Below are positions 36,858 to 45,398 of a stretch of 49,545 nucleotides of DNA, in pieces. The notes below the pieces were generated by a model, which was not told the origin of the DNA, did no database searches, and saw nothing but the letters and a program-made list of their open reading frames with translations. Origin of the DNA: Eoetvoesiella caeni (lineage in GTDB: Bacteria > Pseudomonadota > Gammaproteobacteria > Burkholderiales > Burkholderiaceae_B); assembly GCA_040391725.1 (NCBI GenBank), contig JBEBXF010000001.1:1-49545 (forward strand). Direction: 5' to 3'. The stretch's first letter is position 1; every line of letters starts with the position of its first letter. The position numbers were made by a program, and so were the translations under genes.

Positions 36858-38309
36858 TCAGGAGTTCTCCTTGGGCGCGGCGGCGGGAAGCTCGGCGCCG
36901 GCATGTTTGTCGTAGGCCCAGGGCTGGGTCAGGACTTCATGACGCAAGGCCTGGTCGAGCTGAACCTGCGTCATCAGCTTGCGCGCCAGCACCACCTCGC
37001 GCACGCTCGTGCCCTTGGCGTAGGCCTCGGCCGCCACCGACGTCGCCGCCTCATAGCCGATGTAGGGGTTCAAGGCCGTGACCAGGGAAATCGAGTTTTC
37101 CATGTTGGAAAGCAGCTTCTCGCGATTGGCCGTAATGCCCTTGATGCACAGATCGGCCAGGGTGTAGCAGCCGCTGGTCAGGTACTTGAAGCTGCGGAAC
37201 AGGGCGTGGGTGATGATGGGCTCGAAGGCATTGAGCTGCAATTGCCCGCCCTCGGCGGCGAAGGTGACGGTCAGGTCGTTGCCGAACACTTCGAAGGCTA
37301 TCTGGTTGACCACTTCGGGGATGACCGGGTTGACCTTGCCCGGCATGATCGATGAGCCGGCCTGCATGGGCGGCAGGTTGATTTCGCCGAAGCCCGCTCG
37401 CGGGCCGCTGGACAGCAGGCGCAAGTCGTTGCATATTTTGGACAGCTTGACGGCAATGCGCTTGAGCACCCCCGACAACTGCACGAAGGCGCCGCAGTCC
37501 TGCGTGGCCTCGATCAGGTTCGGCGCCGTGATCAGCTCGATGCCCGTAATGCGTTTCAGGGCTTCCAGCGCCTTGGCCGCGTAGGCGGGGTGCGCGGTAA
37601 TGCCGGTGCCGATGGCCGTCGCGCCAAGATTGATTTCGTGGATGAGCAGCTCGGCCTCGCGCAGGCGGGCCATGTCTTCTTCCAGCATCAAGGCATACGT
37701 GGAAAACTCCTGTCCCAGCGTCATGGGCACGGCGTCCTGCAACTGCGTGCGGCCTATCTTGAGCATGTCGGCGAACTCCAGGGCCTTGGCCGCGAACTCG
37801 CCGCGCAAATGCTCCATGGCTTCCAGCAGGCGGTGAATGCCCAGGCAGGTGGCGATGCGTATGGCCGTGGGATACACGTCGTTCGTGCTTTGCGCCATGT
37901 TCACATCCTCGTTCGGATGCAGGTATTGATATTCGCCGCGCTGATGGCCCATGATTTCCAGCGCCCGGTTGCAGATGACCTCGTTGGCATTCATATTGGT
38001 GGAAGTTCCCGCCCCGCCCTGAATGACGTCGACCACGAACTGGTCTTCCAGGGCGCCCTGGCGGATTTCCTCGCAGGCCGCCACAATGGCCTTGTATTTG
38101 TCGGCCGGCAGCAGCCCCAGGCCGTAATTGGCCTCGGCCGCGGCCTCTTTGACGGCGGCCAGCGCGAAAACCAGTTGCGGATACGCCGATACCGGAATGC
38201 CCGAGATCTGGAAGTTCTCTTTGGCTCGTAGCGTATGCACCCCGTAATACACATCGGCGGGAACCTCACGGTTTCCGAGTAAATCGTGTTCGGTACGAAA
38301 CAGCTTCAT
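36858..38309 (-). CDS. aspA: Aspartate ammonia-lyase
   Basis: YYGVHTLRA.ENF, QGGAGTSTNMN, GRTQLQDA and GSSIMPGKVNPV motifs. Confidence 0.93.
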   Translation of the reverse strand: MKLFRTEHDLLGNREVPADVYYGVHTLRAKENFQISGIPVSAYPQLVFALAAVKEAAAEANYGLGLLPADKYKAIVAACEEIRQGALEDQFVVDVIQGGAGTSTNMNANEVICNRALEIMGHQRGEYQYLHPNEDVNMAQSTNDVYPTAIRIATCLGIHRLLEAMEHLRGEFAAKALEFADMLKIGRTQLQDAVPMTLGQEFSTYALMLEEDMARLREAELLIHEINLGATAIGTGITAHPAYAAKALEALKRITGIELITAPNLIEATQDCGAFVQLSGVLKRIAVKLSKICNDLRLLSSGPRAGFGEINLPPMQAGSSIMPGKVNPVIPEVVNQIAFEVFGNDLTVTFAAEGGQLQLNAFEPIITHALFRSFKYLTSGCYTLADLCIKGITANREKLLSNMENSISLVTALNPYIGYEAATSVAAEAYAKGTSVREVVLARKLMTQVQLDQALRHEVLTQPWAYDKHAGAELPAAAPKENS

Positions 38310-38366
38310 ATATCCTCTTGTCCGATTAGGGCCTGTCAATGTTGAAAAGGGCCGCATGAACCGGCC

Positions 38367-39662
38367 CTATCCGCCTTTCGCGCTGGCTGGCGCCGCCGCC
38401 TTGGCCTGCGGCAGCTCGTCGAGCGCATCGCTCAAAACTTGAACCCCCAGCATGAAGTCATCGATTTCCATGGCTTCCTGGGGATTATGCGACCCGTTCT
38501 GGTTGCGCACAAACAGCATGCCGCTTGGAATGCCGGCATTGGCGAACAGCGACGCGTCGTGGCCGGCCCCGCTGGGAATCACCTCGAAAGGAACGTTCTC
38601 TTGGGAGCAGGCGTTCGACAACACCTTGCAGATGCCGTCGTCCATGGTCGCCGGTTCGCTGAGCAGGCGGCGATCGAACTCGAAGCGCACACCGCGTTCA
38701 CGGCTGATTGCCGTGCACTCGGCGCGCATCAGTTGATAAAACGCCTCCAGCGTATCGGTGCTTTTGCTACGGGCCTCGATACTGAAGTTTACTCGCCCCG
38801 GAATGCGGGAAATGGAATGCTCGGCCGGATCGGTATTGACCACGCCGGCGGTCACCACCAGATCGGTGCCCCGCTCGAGCAAGACACGCCAGTGCTCGTC
38901 CAGGCGCATGATGAGATCGGCCACCGCGAACATGGCGTCGTGCCGCAGCCAGCGCGGCACCACGCCCGAATGCTGGGCATCGCCCAGGCAGACGATATGA
39001 TTGTGGCGGATATTGCCGCGTATGCCCGAAACCACGGCCAAGGGCAATTCGCGCGCCACCATCACCGGCCCCTGCTCGATGTGCACTTCCAGATAGGCCT
39101 TGACGCGGGACGTGTCGAACAGCACCTCGCCGGCGCGCACGGCGGCCACGTCGGCCCCGGCCTTTTCCATGTACTCGGCCAGCGTGGCCCCCGTGGCGCG
39201 TTGAGTCAGGGCCAGGTCGGCCTCGCTCAATTTGCCCAGCAAGGCGCTGGAACCCATATAGGCCTTGCCGAACCAGGCGCTTTCTTCGCCCCGGAACGCC
39301 ACGGTTTCCAACGGCAATGCATCGTCGCGGCCTTCGCGCTGGCGCGCGATGAGGCACAGCAGCCCGGCCACGACACCAGCCAGGCCATCGTAATTGCCGC
39401 CCTGGGGCACCGAATCGATGTGCGAGCCCACCCAGGCCACGGCGTCGGCGTCCTTGGTGCCGGGGCGGCGGAACACCAGATTGGCGGCGCGGTCGGCCTC
39501 GACTTCCAGCCCCTCGGAAAGCGCCAGCTCGCGCAGGTAGTCGCCGGCGGCGGATTCGCCTTTGCCAAAGCTTTCACGCGTGACGCCCACACCGTCGAAC
39601 GTCAGTTCGCGCACGTCGGCGAAGATTTTTTCCGCCAGAGACCGAAACTGAAGAAGATCCAT
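38367..39662 (-). CDS. N-carbamoyl-amino-acid amidohydrolase (hydantoinase/carbamoylase, M20 Zn-hydrolase)
   Basis: GSHIDSVPQGGNYDG.AGV, GEES, EVHIEQGP, SGAGHDA and SHNP.E motifs. Confidence 0.9.
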   Translation of the reverse strand: MDLLQFRSLAEKIFADVRELTFDGVGVTRESFGKGESAAGDYLRELALSEGLEVEADRAANLVFRRPGTKDADAVAWVGSHIDSVPQGGNYDGLAGVVAGLLCLIARQREGRDDALPLETVAFRGEESAWFGKAYMGSSALLGKLSEADLALTQRATGATLAEYMEKAGADVAAVRAGEVLFDTSRVKAYLEVHIEQGPVMVARELPLAVVSGIRGNIRHNHIVCLGDAQHSGVVPRWLRHDAMFAVADLIMRLDEHWRVLLERGTDLVVTAGVVNTDPAEHSISRIPGRVNFSIEARSKSTDTLEAFYQLMRAECTAISRERGVRFEFDRRLLSEPATMDDGICKVLSNACSQENVPFEVIPSGAGHDASLFANAGIPSGMLFVRNQNGSHNPQEAMEIDDFMLGVQVLSDALDELPQAKAAAPASAKGG

Positions 39663-39674
39663 GATGACGGTTCC

Positions 39675-40625
39675 CTAACCCGACTGCTGGGCAAAGCGGA
39701 GCCAGCGATCCGACAATTGACGATCCAGCTTGACCTGGCCGGTCAGGGCGTGGATGTCCTCGACACCCATTTCCTGGCACAAGCCGTGCAGGCCGTCGAT
39801 GATCTTCTGCATGATGCCCGGATCGATGAACGACGCCGTGCCGACCTGAACCGCGCTGGCGCCCGCCAGCATGAACTCCATCACGTCCTCGGCCGTGCGG
39901 ATGCCGCCGCAGCCGATGATGGGAATGCGCACGCTGCGATAGCATTGATGCACCATCCGCACGGCAATCGGCTTGATGGCCGGGCCCGAAAGGCCGCCCA
40001 TGACATTGCCCAGCTTGGGCTTGCGGGTGCGCACGTCGATCGACATGCCCAGCATGGTGTTGCCCATGACGATGGCGTCGGCGCCCGCTTCCTCGGCGGC
40101 CTTGGCCACCGCCGCCACATTCGAGGCATTGGGCGTCAGCTTGGCCCAGAACGGATGATGGGTGCTGCGGCGTATGGCGCTGACCACCCTGTAGGTGGAA
40201 TCCACGTCCATGGCGAAGGCCATGCCGTCCGCCTCCAGGTTAGGGCAGGAAATATTGGCCTCGATCACCGCCACTTCGGGCAGCGACATGGTCGCCACGG
40301 CCTCGGCGAATTCATCGACCGTATCGGCCGAAATGGAAACGACGACCGGGGTGCCGAACTTGGTATAGGGCGGCAGCACCTTGCTGCGGTAGTAATCCAG
40401 CCCTTTGCTGGGAATGCCTATGGAATTGAGCATGCCGCTGGGCGTTTCCGCCACGCGCGGCGTGGGGTTGCCGGCGCGGCTTTTGGGGGAGACGCTTTTG
40501 ATGACCAAGGCGCCCAGATTGCCGAAATCCAGCGCCTCGCTGTATTCGATGGCAAAGCAGCCCGACGCGGGCATGACGGGGTTGCGCAAGCATAGGTCGC
40601 CCACCCTGACTTTAAGATTAGCCAA
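39675..40625 (-). CDS. pyrD: Dihydroorotate dehydrogenase family 1B, catalytic subunit
   Basis: NPVMPASG, GNPTPR, NISCPN (catalytic Cys), KLTPN and GGLSGPAIKP motifs; TTG start overlaps the pyrK stop region. Confidence 0.9.
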   Translation of the reverse strand: MANLKVRVGDLCLRNPVMPASGCFAIEYSEALDFGNLGALVIKSVSPKSRAGNPTPRVAETPSGMLNSIGIPSKGLDYYRSKVLPPYTKFGTPVVVSISADTVDEFAEAVATMSLPEVAVIEANISCPNLEADGMAFAMDVDSTYRVVSAIRRSTHHPFWAKLTPNASNVAAVAKAAEEAGADAIVMGNTMLGMSIDVRTRKPKLGNVMGGLSGPAIKPIAVRMVHQCYRSVRIPIIGCGGIRTAEDVMEFMLAGASAVQVGTASFIDPGIMQKIIDGLHGLCQEMGVEDIHALTGQVKLDRQLSDRWLRFAQQSG

Positions 40626-41466
40626 ACTCCACCTCCCCAACCACGTCGCGTATGGAAAACACCGGGCCTTCGCGGCATACGCGCAGAAACTGCTTGTCGC
40701 CCTCGATATCGAACATGCGGACACAGGACAGGCACACGCCCATGCCGCAAGCCATGCGCTGTTCCATGGCCACCTCGCCCCGCGTTTGCGGGTAGTCCTG
40801 CAGCACGCGCTGCAACAGCATGAGCAGCCGGTGCGAACCACAGGTGTAGACGACGTCATGGGGGTTTTCGTCGAGCAGGCGGCGCACCAGCGCTTCCACG
40901 GCTTCGACCGACGACGTGCCGTCGCTGTCGTAGACGCAATGCACCTGGGCGGGCGCGCCCCGCAGGAATTCGTCGCGCATCAAGTCCTTGGGCTCGCGGG
41001 CCGACATGATGGCGGTGATCTCGATGCCCGCGCCGGCCGCGTATTGCAGCAACGGGGCCATGGTGGCCAACCCGACGCCGCGCGCCAGAACCAGGATGCG
41101 CTTGAACTGAGGCTCCAGGACGAAGGTGTTGCCCAGCGGGCCGACGATTTCCATGGAATCGCCCACCCCTAGGGAGGACATGGCCAGGGTGCCCACGCCC
41201 GTTACGTTGTACAGGAATTCGATGGTGCCGGGCTCGGGGCCGACCCCATACACGCTCATGGGGCGCAGCAGAAACGGCTGCTGCGTATCGGTAACCGGGC
41301 ACTTAAGCTGATAAAACTGACCCGGGCGGGTAGCCGCCGCCAGGTCGGACTGCGCCGAAAGACGCAAATACTTGTATCTATCATTCACCCAGCGATGCTC
41401 GACGACCTCGCACCGATGGGATGCCACGTTCTCCGCGTTCCGATGAAAACAAGCCTTATCGGTCAT
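40618..41466 (-). CDS. pyrK: Dihydroorotate dehydrogenase electron-transfer subunit (FAD/[2Fe-2S])
   Basis: PGQF, RPMS, GPLGN.F and EQRMACGMGVCLSC...VCREGPVF motifs. Confidence 0.9.
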   Translation of the reverse strand: MTDKACFHRNAENVASHRCEVVEHRWVNDRYKYLRLSAQSDLAAATRPGQFYQLKCPVTDTQQPFLLRPMSVYGVGPEPGTIEFLYNVTGVGTLAMSSLGVGDSMEIVGPLGNTFVLEPQFKRILVLARGVGLATMAPLLQYAAGAGIEITAIMSAREPKDLMRDEFLRGAPAQVHCVYDSDGTSSVEAVEALVRRLLDENPHDVVYTCGSHRLLMLLQRVLQDYPQTRGEVAMEQRMACGMGVCLSCVRMFDIEGDKQFLRVCREGPVFSIRDVVGEVEFG

Positions 41467-41533
41467 GGAGTTTCCTCACTCAAAAATACAGCCGCCGGAA
41501 GGCGGAAGCCCTCCGGCATTGGACAAGACAGCT

Positions 41534-42775
41534 TTACTCCAGTTCCACGCCCTTGAGCTCGGGAATCAGGAATATGGTTGCAATCATGTCGATGACATAG
41601 ATGGCGGCCAGCAGGGCGATGGCCGTGTGGAACGAATACATGGCAGCCAGTCCGCCCACCACGACGGGCCCGAAGCCGCCGACGGCCCGGCCGATATTGA
41701 ACAGCGTGTTTTGCGCCGTGCCGCGTGCTTCGGTGGGATAGGCTTCGGACATCAATGCGCCGTAGCCGCCCAGCATGCCGTTCACGAACACGCCCATCAA
41801 GGCGCCGCACCACAGCATGGTGATGGGGTCGGTCAGGCGCGAGTAGACCAGCACCATGATGACCGCGCCGGCCTGGAACAGCAGGAAGCTGGGCTTGCGG
41901 CCGATACGGTCGGCCAGTTGGCCGAACACCCAGATGCCGATGGCCATGCCGATGATGGTCACCGATGTCCAGACCGCCGATTTGGTCAGGTTGAAGCCCA
42001 TTTGCTTGGCCAGGTAGCTGGGCATCCAGATCATGATGCCGTAATAGCCGAAGTTCTGCACCGAGCACAAAATGGCGATGCCGATGCTGACCTTGGTGGT
42101 CTTGGCATCTTTGACCAGCAGCTTGAATGCACGGCTATTGCCCTTTTTCTCGACGCTGCGCACGAAGACTTCGGGCTCATGCAGGCGGCTGCGGACAAAC
42201 CAGGCAACCAGCGCGGGCAGGACACCCACGATGAACATGCCGCGCCAGCCAATGTGCGGCAGCAGCAGCGGCGTGACGATGGCGGCGGCCAGCACGCCCG
42301 CTTGCCAGCCCAGGGCCACATACGACGACACGCGGCCGCGCTGCTTGGCGGGCCAGGCTTCGGCGGCCAGCGCCATGCCGATGCCGAACTCGCCGCCCAG
42401 GCCGATACCGGCGATGGTCCGGTACACCAGCAGATCCCAGTAGCCCTGCGCGAACGCGCACAAGCCGGTGAAGACGGCAAACAGGACGATGGTCCAGGTC
42501 AGAACCCGCACCCGGCCGTAGTAATCGCTGAGCGCCCCGAAGACGAGGCCGCCGACGACGGCGCCGATGAGAGTCCAGGTAACCAGCGAACCCGCCTGGC
42601 CCGGCCCCAAGTGCAGGTCGGCCGAAATGGCGGCCAGCATGAAACCGAGGATCAGCAGGTCGAAACCATCCATGGCATAGCCAAGGGTGGAGCCCGCCAG
42701 CGCTTTCCAGCCGTAGCTGGTGACTTTATCGGGATTGGCGGTCATGCTTGCCGCCGAAGTTGTTCTAGCTTCCAC
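41534..42775 (-). CDS. MFS transporter (aromatic acid/sialate:H+ symporter-like)
   Basis: GYAMDGFD, SDYYGR, GIGLGGEFG, ADRIGRK and EAYPT.ARG motifs. Confidence 0.88.
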   Translation of the reverse strand: MEARTTSAASMTANPDKVTSYGWKALAGSTLGYAMDGFDLLILGFMLAAISADLHLGPGQAGSLVTWTLIGAVVGGLVFGALSDYYGRVRVLTWTIVLFAVFTGLCAFAQGYWDLLVYRTIAGIGLGGEFGIGMALAAEAWPAKQRGRVSSYVALGWQAGVLAAAIVTPLLLPHIGWRGMFIVGVLPALVAWFVRSRLHEPEVFVRSVEKKGNSRAFKLLVKDAKTTKVSIGIAILCSVQNFGYYGIMIWMPSYLAKQMGFNLTKSAVWTSVTIIGMAIGIWVFGQLADRIGRKPSFLLFQAGAVIMVLVYSRLTDPITMLWCGALMGVFVNGMLGGYGALMSEAYPTEARGTAQNTLFNIGRAVGGFGPVVVGGLAAMYSFHTAIALLAAIYVIDMIATIFLIPELKGVELE

Positions 42776-42866
42776 TTTTTATTGCTCCTGTGATAGATGC
42801 TTGTTTAGCCGCCGCACGCCCGGCAGACAGAGACTTCCGGAACAGCTTTGTATATATTTCGATCTT

Positions 42867-42884
42867 AATCTTATTTTTGAGATT
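42867..42884. promoter_or_regulatory. Imperfect palindrome in the AT-rich promoter of the pyr-like operon
   Basis: AATCTTA-TTTT-TGAGATT. Confidence 0.4.
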
Positions 42885-43048
42885 TTCGCACAAAAAAATA
42901 ATAAGTGGAAACCCTAGGTTACGGATTCAGCAGGCTTCGCCATCCACTTAAAATCACCGAACGTTGCTCAACATGCATTGATTTTCCTCCATTATTGGAC
43001 TTCTTCGGGCAACGCCACCCCGAAGGTCGGCACCTGCGTCGAAGCGGC

Positions 43049-44269
43049 TTATGCCAGGTTTCGCCGCGCATGGCGGCGTCCAGCCAACGCTCCCAGCAAC
43101 AGCAGCAGGCAGCCGATAAGCACGGCGTACACATAAATAGCCATTTCCAGGCCCACGCGGTCGGCCAGCAAACCGACCGCCACGATGGGCGCGGTGGCGC
43201 CAATGTAGGCGCACAGGAAATACGTGGACATATTCGCGGTACGCCGGTTTTCGTCGACGCTGATCCCCGCGATCACGGCCGAGCTCATGAACGAAAACCC
43301 CTGGCCCACGCCCCCGGCAATCATGCCGACCGCCAGCACGACGACGTTGTGCGTTGCCACGCCCACGGAAAGCAGGGTGACCGCCGCCGCGAACCCCAGC
43401 ATGCCCAGCACCATGCCTTTGAACGGCGCGATGTTGCGCTGGGTCAACTGGATGACGGTGCACGCCAAAGCCATCAGGAAAAACGCCGCCCCCACCACCA
43501 GCGGCCCCTTCCAGGGCAGAACTTCCCGCAACAAAGACGGCACCATCGAGGCGAACAGACTGCCGACGGCAAAGGTGGCGAAGCCCGCGCCGCAGGCCAG
43601 GAAAAACGTGGGTCGTTTGGAAGGGTTGGGCAGAGCCAGTTGAGGCCGGATGGAAAGCGGCGCGCGCGCGCCGAAGGGCCCCAGCAAGTGGGCCCGGTAC
43701 CGCACGGCCAGGGCGATATTGCACCCCGCGGCCACGAAGATCACCAGGTACGGCAGCACCAGGGGCTGCACGCCCGTCTGGGCCAGCGCGCCGCCGACGA
43801 CCGGACCCAGACCGAAAGCCACGCTGATGCCCATCGAGGTGGTCACCGACGCCACGTGCCTGTCGCGTTGCGGGTGGGCTTCGGCCAGGGCCACGGCGCT
43901 GGCCGTGGTCAGCAAGCCATTGCCGAAACCGATGATGAACCGCGCCACGATCAGCACCCCGACCCCCGGCGCGATGGCCGACAGGAACAGGCCCACCATG
44001 AGCAGCGACAGCGAGGTAAGGACGACGCGAAACCGGCCCAAAGCGTCAGACAGACGCCCAAAGCAGATCAGCGAGGGCAGCACGCCCACCATATACGCGG
44101 TAAAGATATAACTTAGCGCGCTGGGCGGAATGTTCCAGGCTGTCTGGTACAACGGGTACAAAGGCGTAGGCAGCGAGCTGACCGAAAAGCACAAGCTGAG
44201 CGCCACCGCCACTGCAATAAAACCGCCCCAGCGATCAAGCTTGCCCGGCATCGCACCTGTCATGTACAC
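43049..44269 (-). CDS. MFS transporter (same subfamily as 19034-20242)
   Basis: PTPLYPLY and SDALGR motifs; about 12 TM helices. Confidence 0.87.
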   Translation of the reverse strand: MYMTGAMPGKLDRWGGFIAVAVALSLCFSVSSLPTPLYPLYQTAWNIPPSALSYIFTAYMVGVLPSLICFGRLSDALGRFRVVLTSLSLLMVGLFLSAIAPGVGVLIVARFIIGFGNGLLTTASAVALAEAHPQRDRHVASVTTSMGISVAFGLGPVVGGALAQTGVQPLVLPYLVIFVAAGCNIALAVRYRAHLLGPFGARAPLSIRPQLALPNPSKRPTFFLACGAGFATFAVGSLFASMVPSLLREVLPWKGPLVVGAAFFLMALACTVIQLTQRNIAPFKGMVLGMLGFAAAVTLLSVGVATHNVVVLAVGMIAGGVGQGFSFMSSAVIAGISVDENRRTANMSTYFLCAYIGATAPIVAVGLLADRVGLEMAIYVYAVLIGCLLLLLGALAGRRHARRNLA

Positions 44270-44334
44270 GTCCCATTAAACACAAGGCGTAATTATATAT
44301 GCCCCATGCTGGGAGCGCGGGCGGTGCAAGGCCT

Positions 44335-45225
44335 CTAAGCGCCATGTGTACGCTCGAATTCCTGCTTGCCCTCGGCATCCAGCGCGGCGAACTCGCCGTC
44401 CGACAGCGCCAGGCCCGCGGCGGAAATGTTTTCCCGCAGATGGGCCACGCTGGACGTGCCCGGAATCGGCAGAATGACCGGGCTGCGCCTGAGCACCCAG
44501 GCCAGCGCCACCTGGCTGGCGGAAACGCCCCGCTTCTTGGCGATGCCGTCCAGCAGCGATCCCGATTTGGCCAGGGCGCCCGCCGCCAGAGGGTGCCAGG
44601 GAATGAAGCCTATGCCCTGCTGTTCGCAATAGTCCAGCACCGCCTCGCTGCTGCGGTCGATGAGGTTGTAGCGGTTTTGCACCGTGGCGACCTTGAAATG
44701 CGCGGACGCCGCCTGGATGTCGTCGACGCTTACCTCGCTCAGGCCCGCATGGCGGATAAGGCCTTCTTTTTGCATCTGCGCAATGCAATCGAACTGCTCG
44801 TCGCGCGGCACTTTGGCATCGACCCGGTGCAGTTGCCACAGGTCGATCCGCTCGAGTCCAAGACGGCGCAAGCTCATCAATACGCACTGGCGCAAATACT
44901 CGGGCCTGCCCAGCGGCGCCCAGATATCGGGGCCATGGCGGGTCAGCCCGCCCTTGGTCGCCACGACGATGCCGGTATACGGATGCAAGGCCTCGCGGAT
45001 AAGGTCTTCGCTGACATACGGGCCATAGCTGTCGGCGGTATCGATGAAATTCACGCCCAGTCCCGGCAGGGCCTCCAGCGTGCGCAGCGCCTCGGGGCGA
45101 TTGGCCGGCTCGCCCCATATGCCTTTGCCGGTTATGCGCATGGCGCCAAAGCCAAGACGGTGGACGGGCAAATCGCCGCCCACTTCAAACAGACCGCTGG
45201 AAGTTGCTGAAATAGCGCTATTCAT
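44335..45225 (-). CDS. Aldo/keto reductase
   Basis: [29 protein letters not shown] and PIPGT motifs. Confidence 0.92.
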   Translation of the reverse strand: MNSAISATSSGLFEVGGDLPVHRLGFGAMRITGKGIWGEPANRPEALRTLEALPGLGVNFIDTADSYGPYVSEDLIREALHPYTGIVVATKGGLTRHGPDIWAPLGRPEYLRQCVLMSLRRLGLERIDLWQLHRVDAKVPRDEQFDCIAQMQKEGLIRHAGLSEVSVDDIQAASAHFKVATVQNRYNLIDRSSEAVLDYCEQQGIGFIPWHPLAAGALAKSGSLLDGIAKKRGVSASQVALAWVLRRSPVILPIPGTSSVAHLRENISAAGLALSDGEFAALDAEGKQEFERTHGA

Positions 45226-45398
45226 GGGGTATGCTCCACGTTGAGACCGGCAGCGGCGCGCATCGCAAACCGCAACGCTGGCTGCTGCCGGAAAAATCTG
45301 ACATTGCACGGGAAATGCCTGGTTCCAAAGAAGTACAGCCGGGAAGCTCCCGTGTCAACTTCAACCCGCCATACTCATAACAACACCAGGAGATCGCC

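Noticed and set aside
13129-38340. Recurring AGGGCCTGT motif (near 13130, 16674 and 38328) resembling IS5-family ends
   Set aside because: Only 9-10 bp, with no paired inverted repeats and no transposase; insufficient to call a mobile element.
38439-40595. 718-aa + strand ORF and other long antisense ORFs (e.g. 2055-3356, 41465-42793, 27879-29105)
   Set aside because: Antisense shadows of well-supported genes in high-GC DNA; no motifs and unnatural composition.
39675-41466. Interpretation as an ordinary pyrimidine biosynthesis operon or as dihydropyrimidine dehydrogenase (PreTA/PydXA)
   Set aside because: No pyrB, pyrF or carAB, and the partners are catabolic. The subunits have PyrD-1B/PyrK motifs without the C-terminal ferredoxin domain or GltD-like subunit of DPD.
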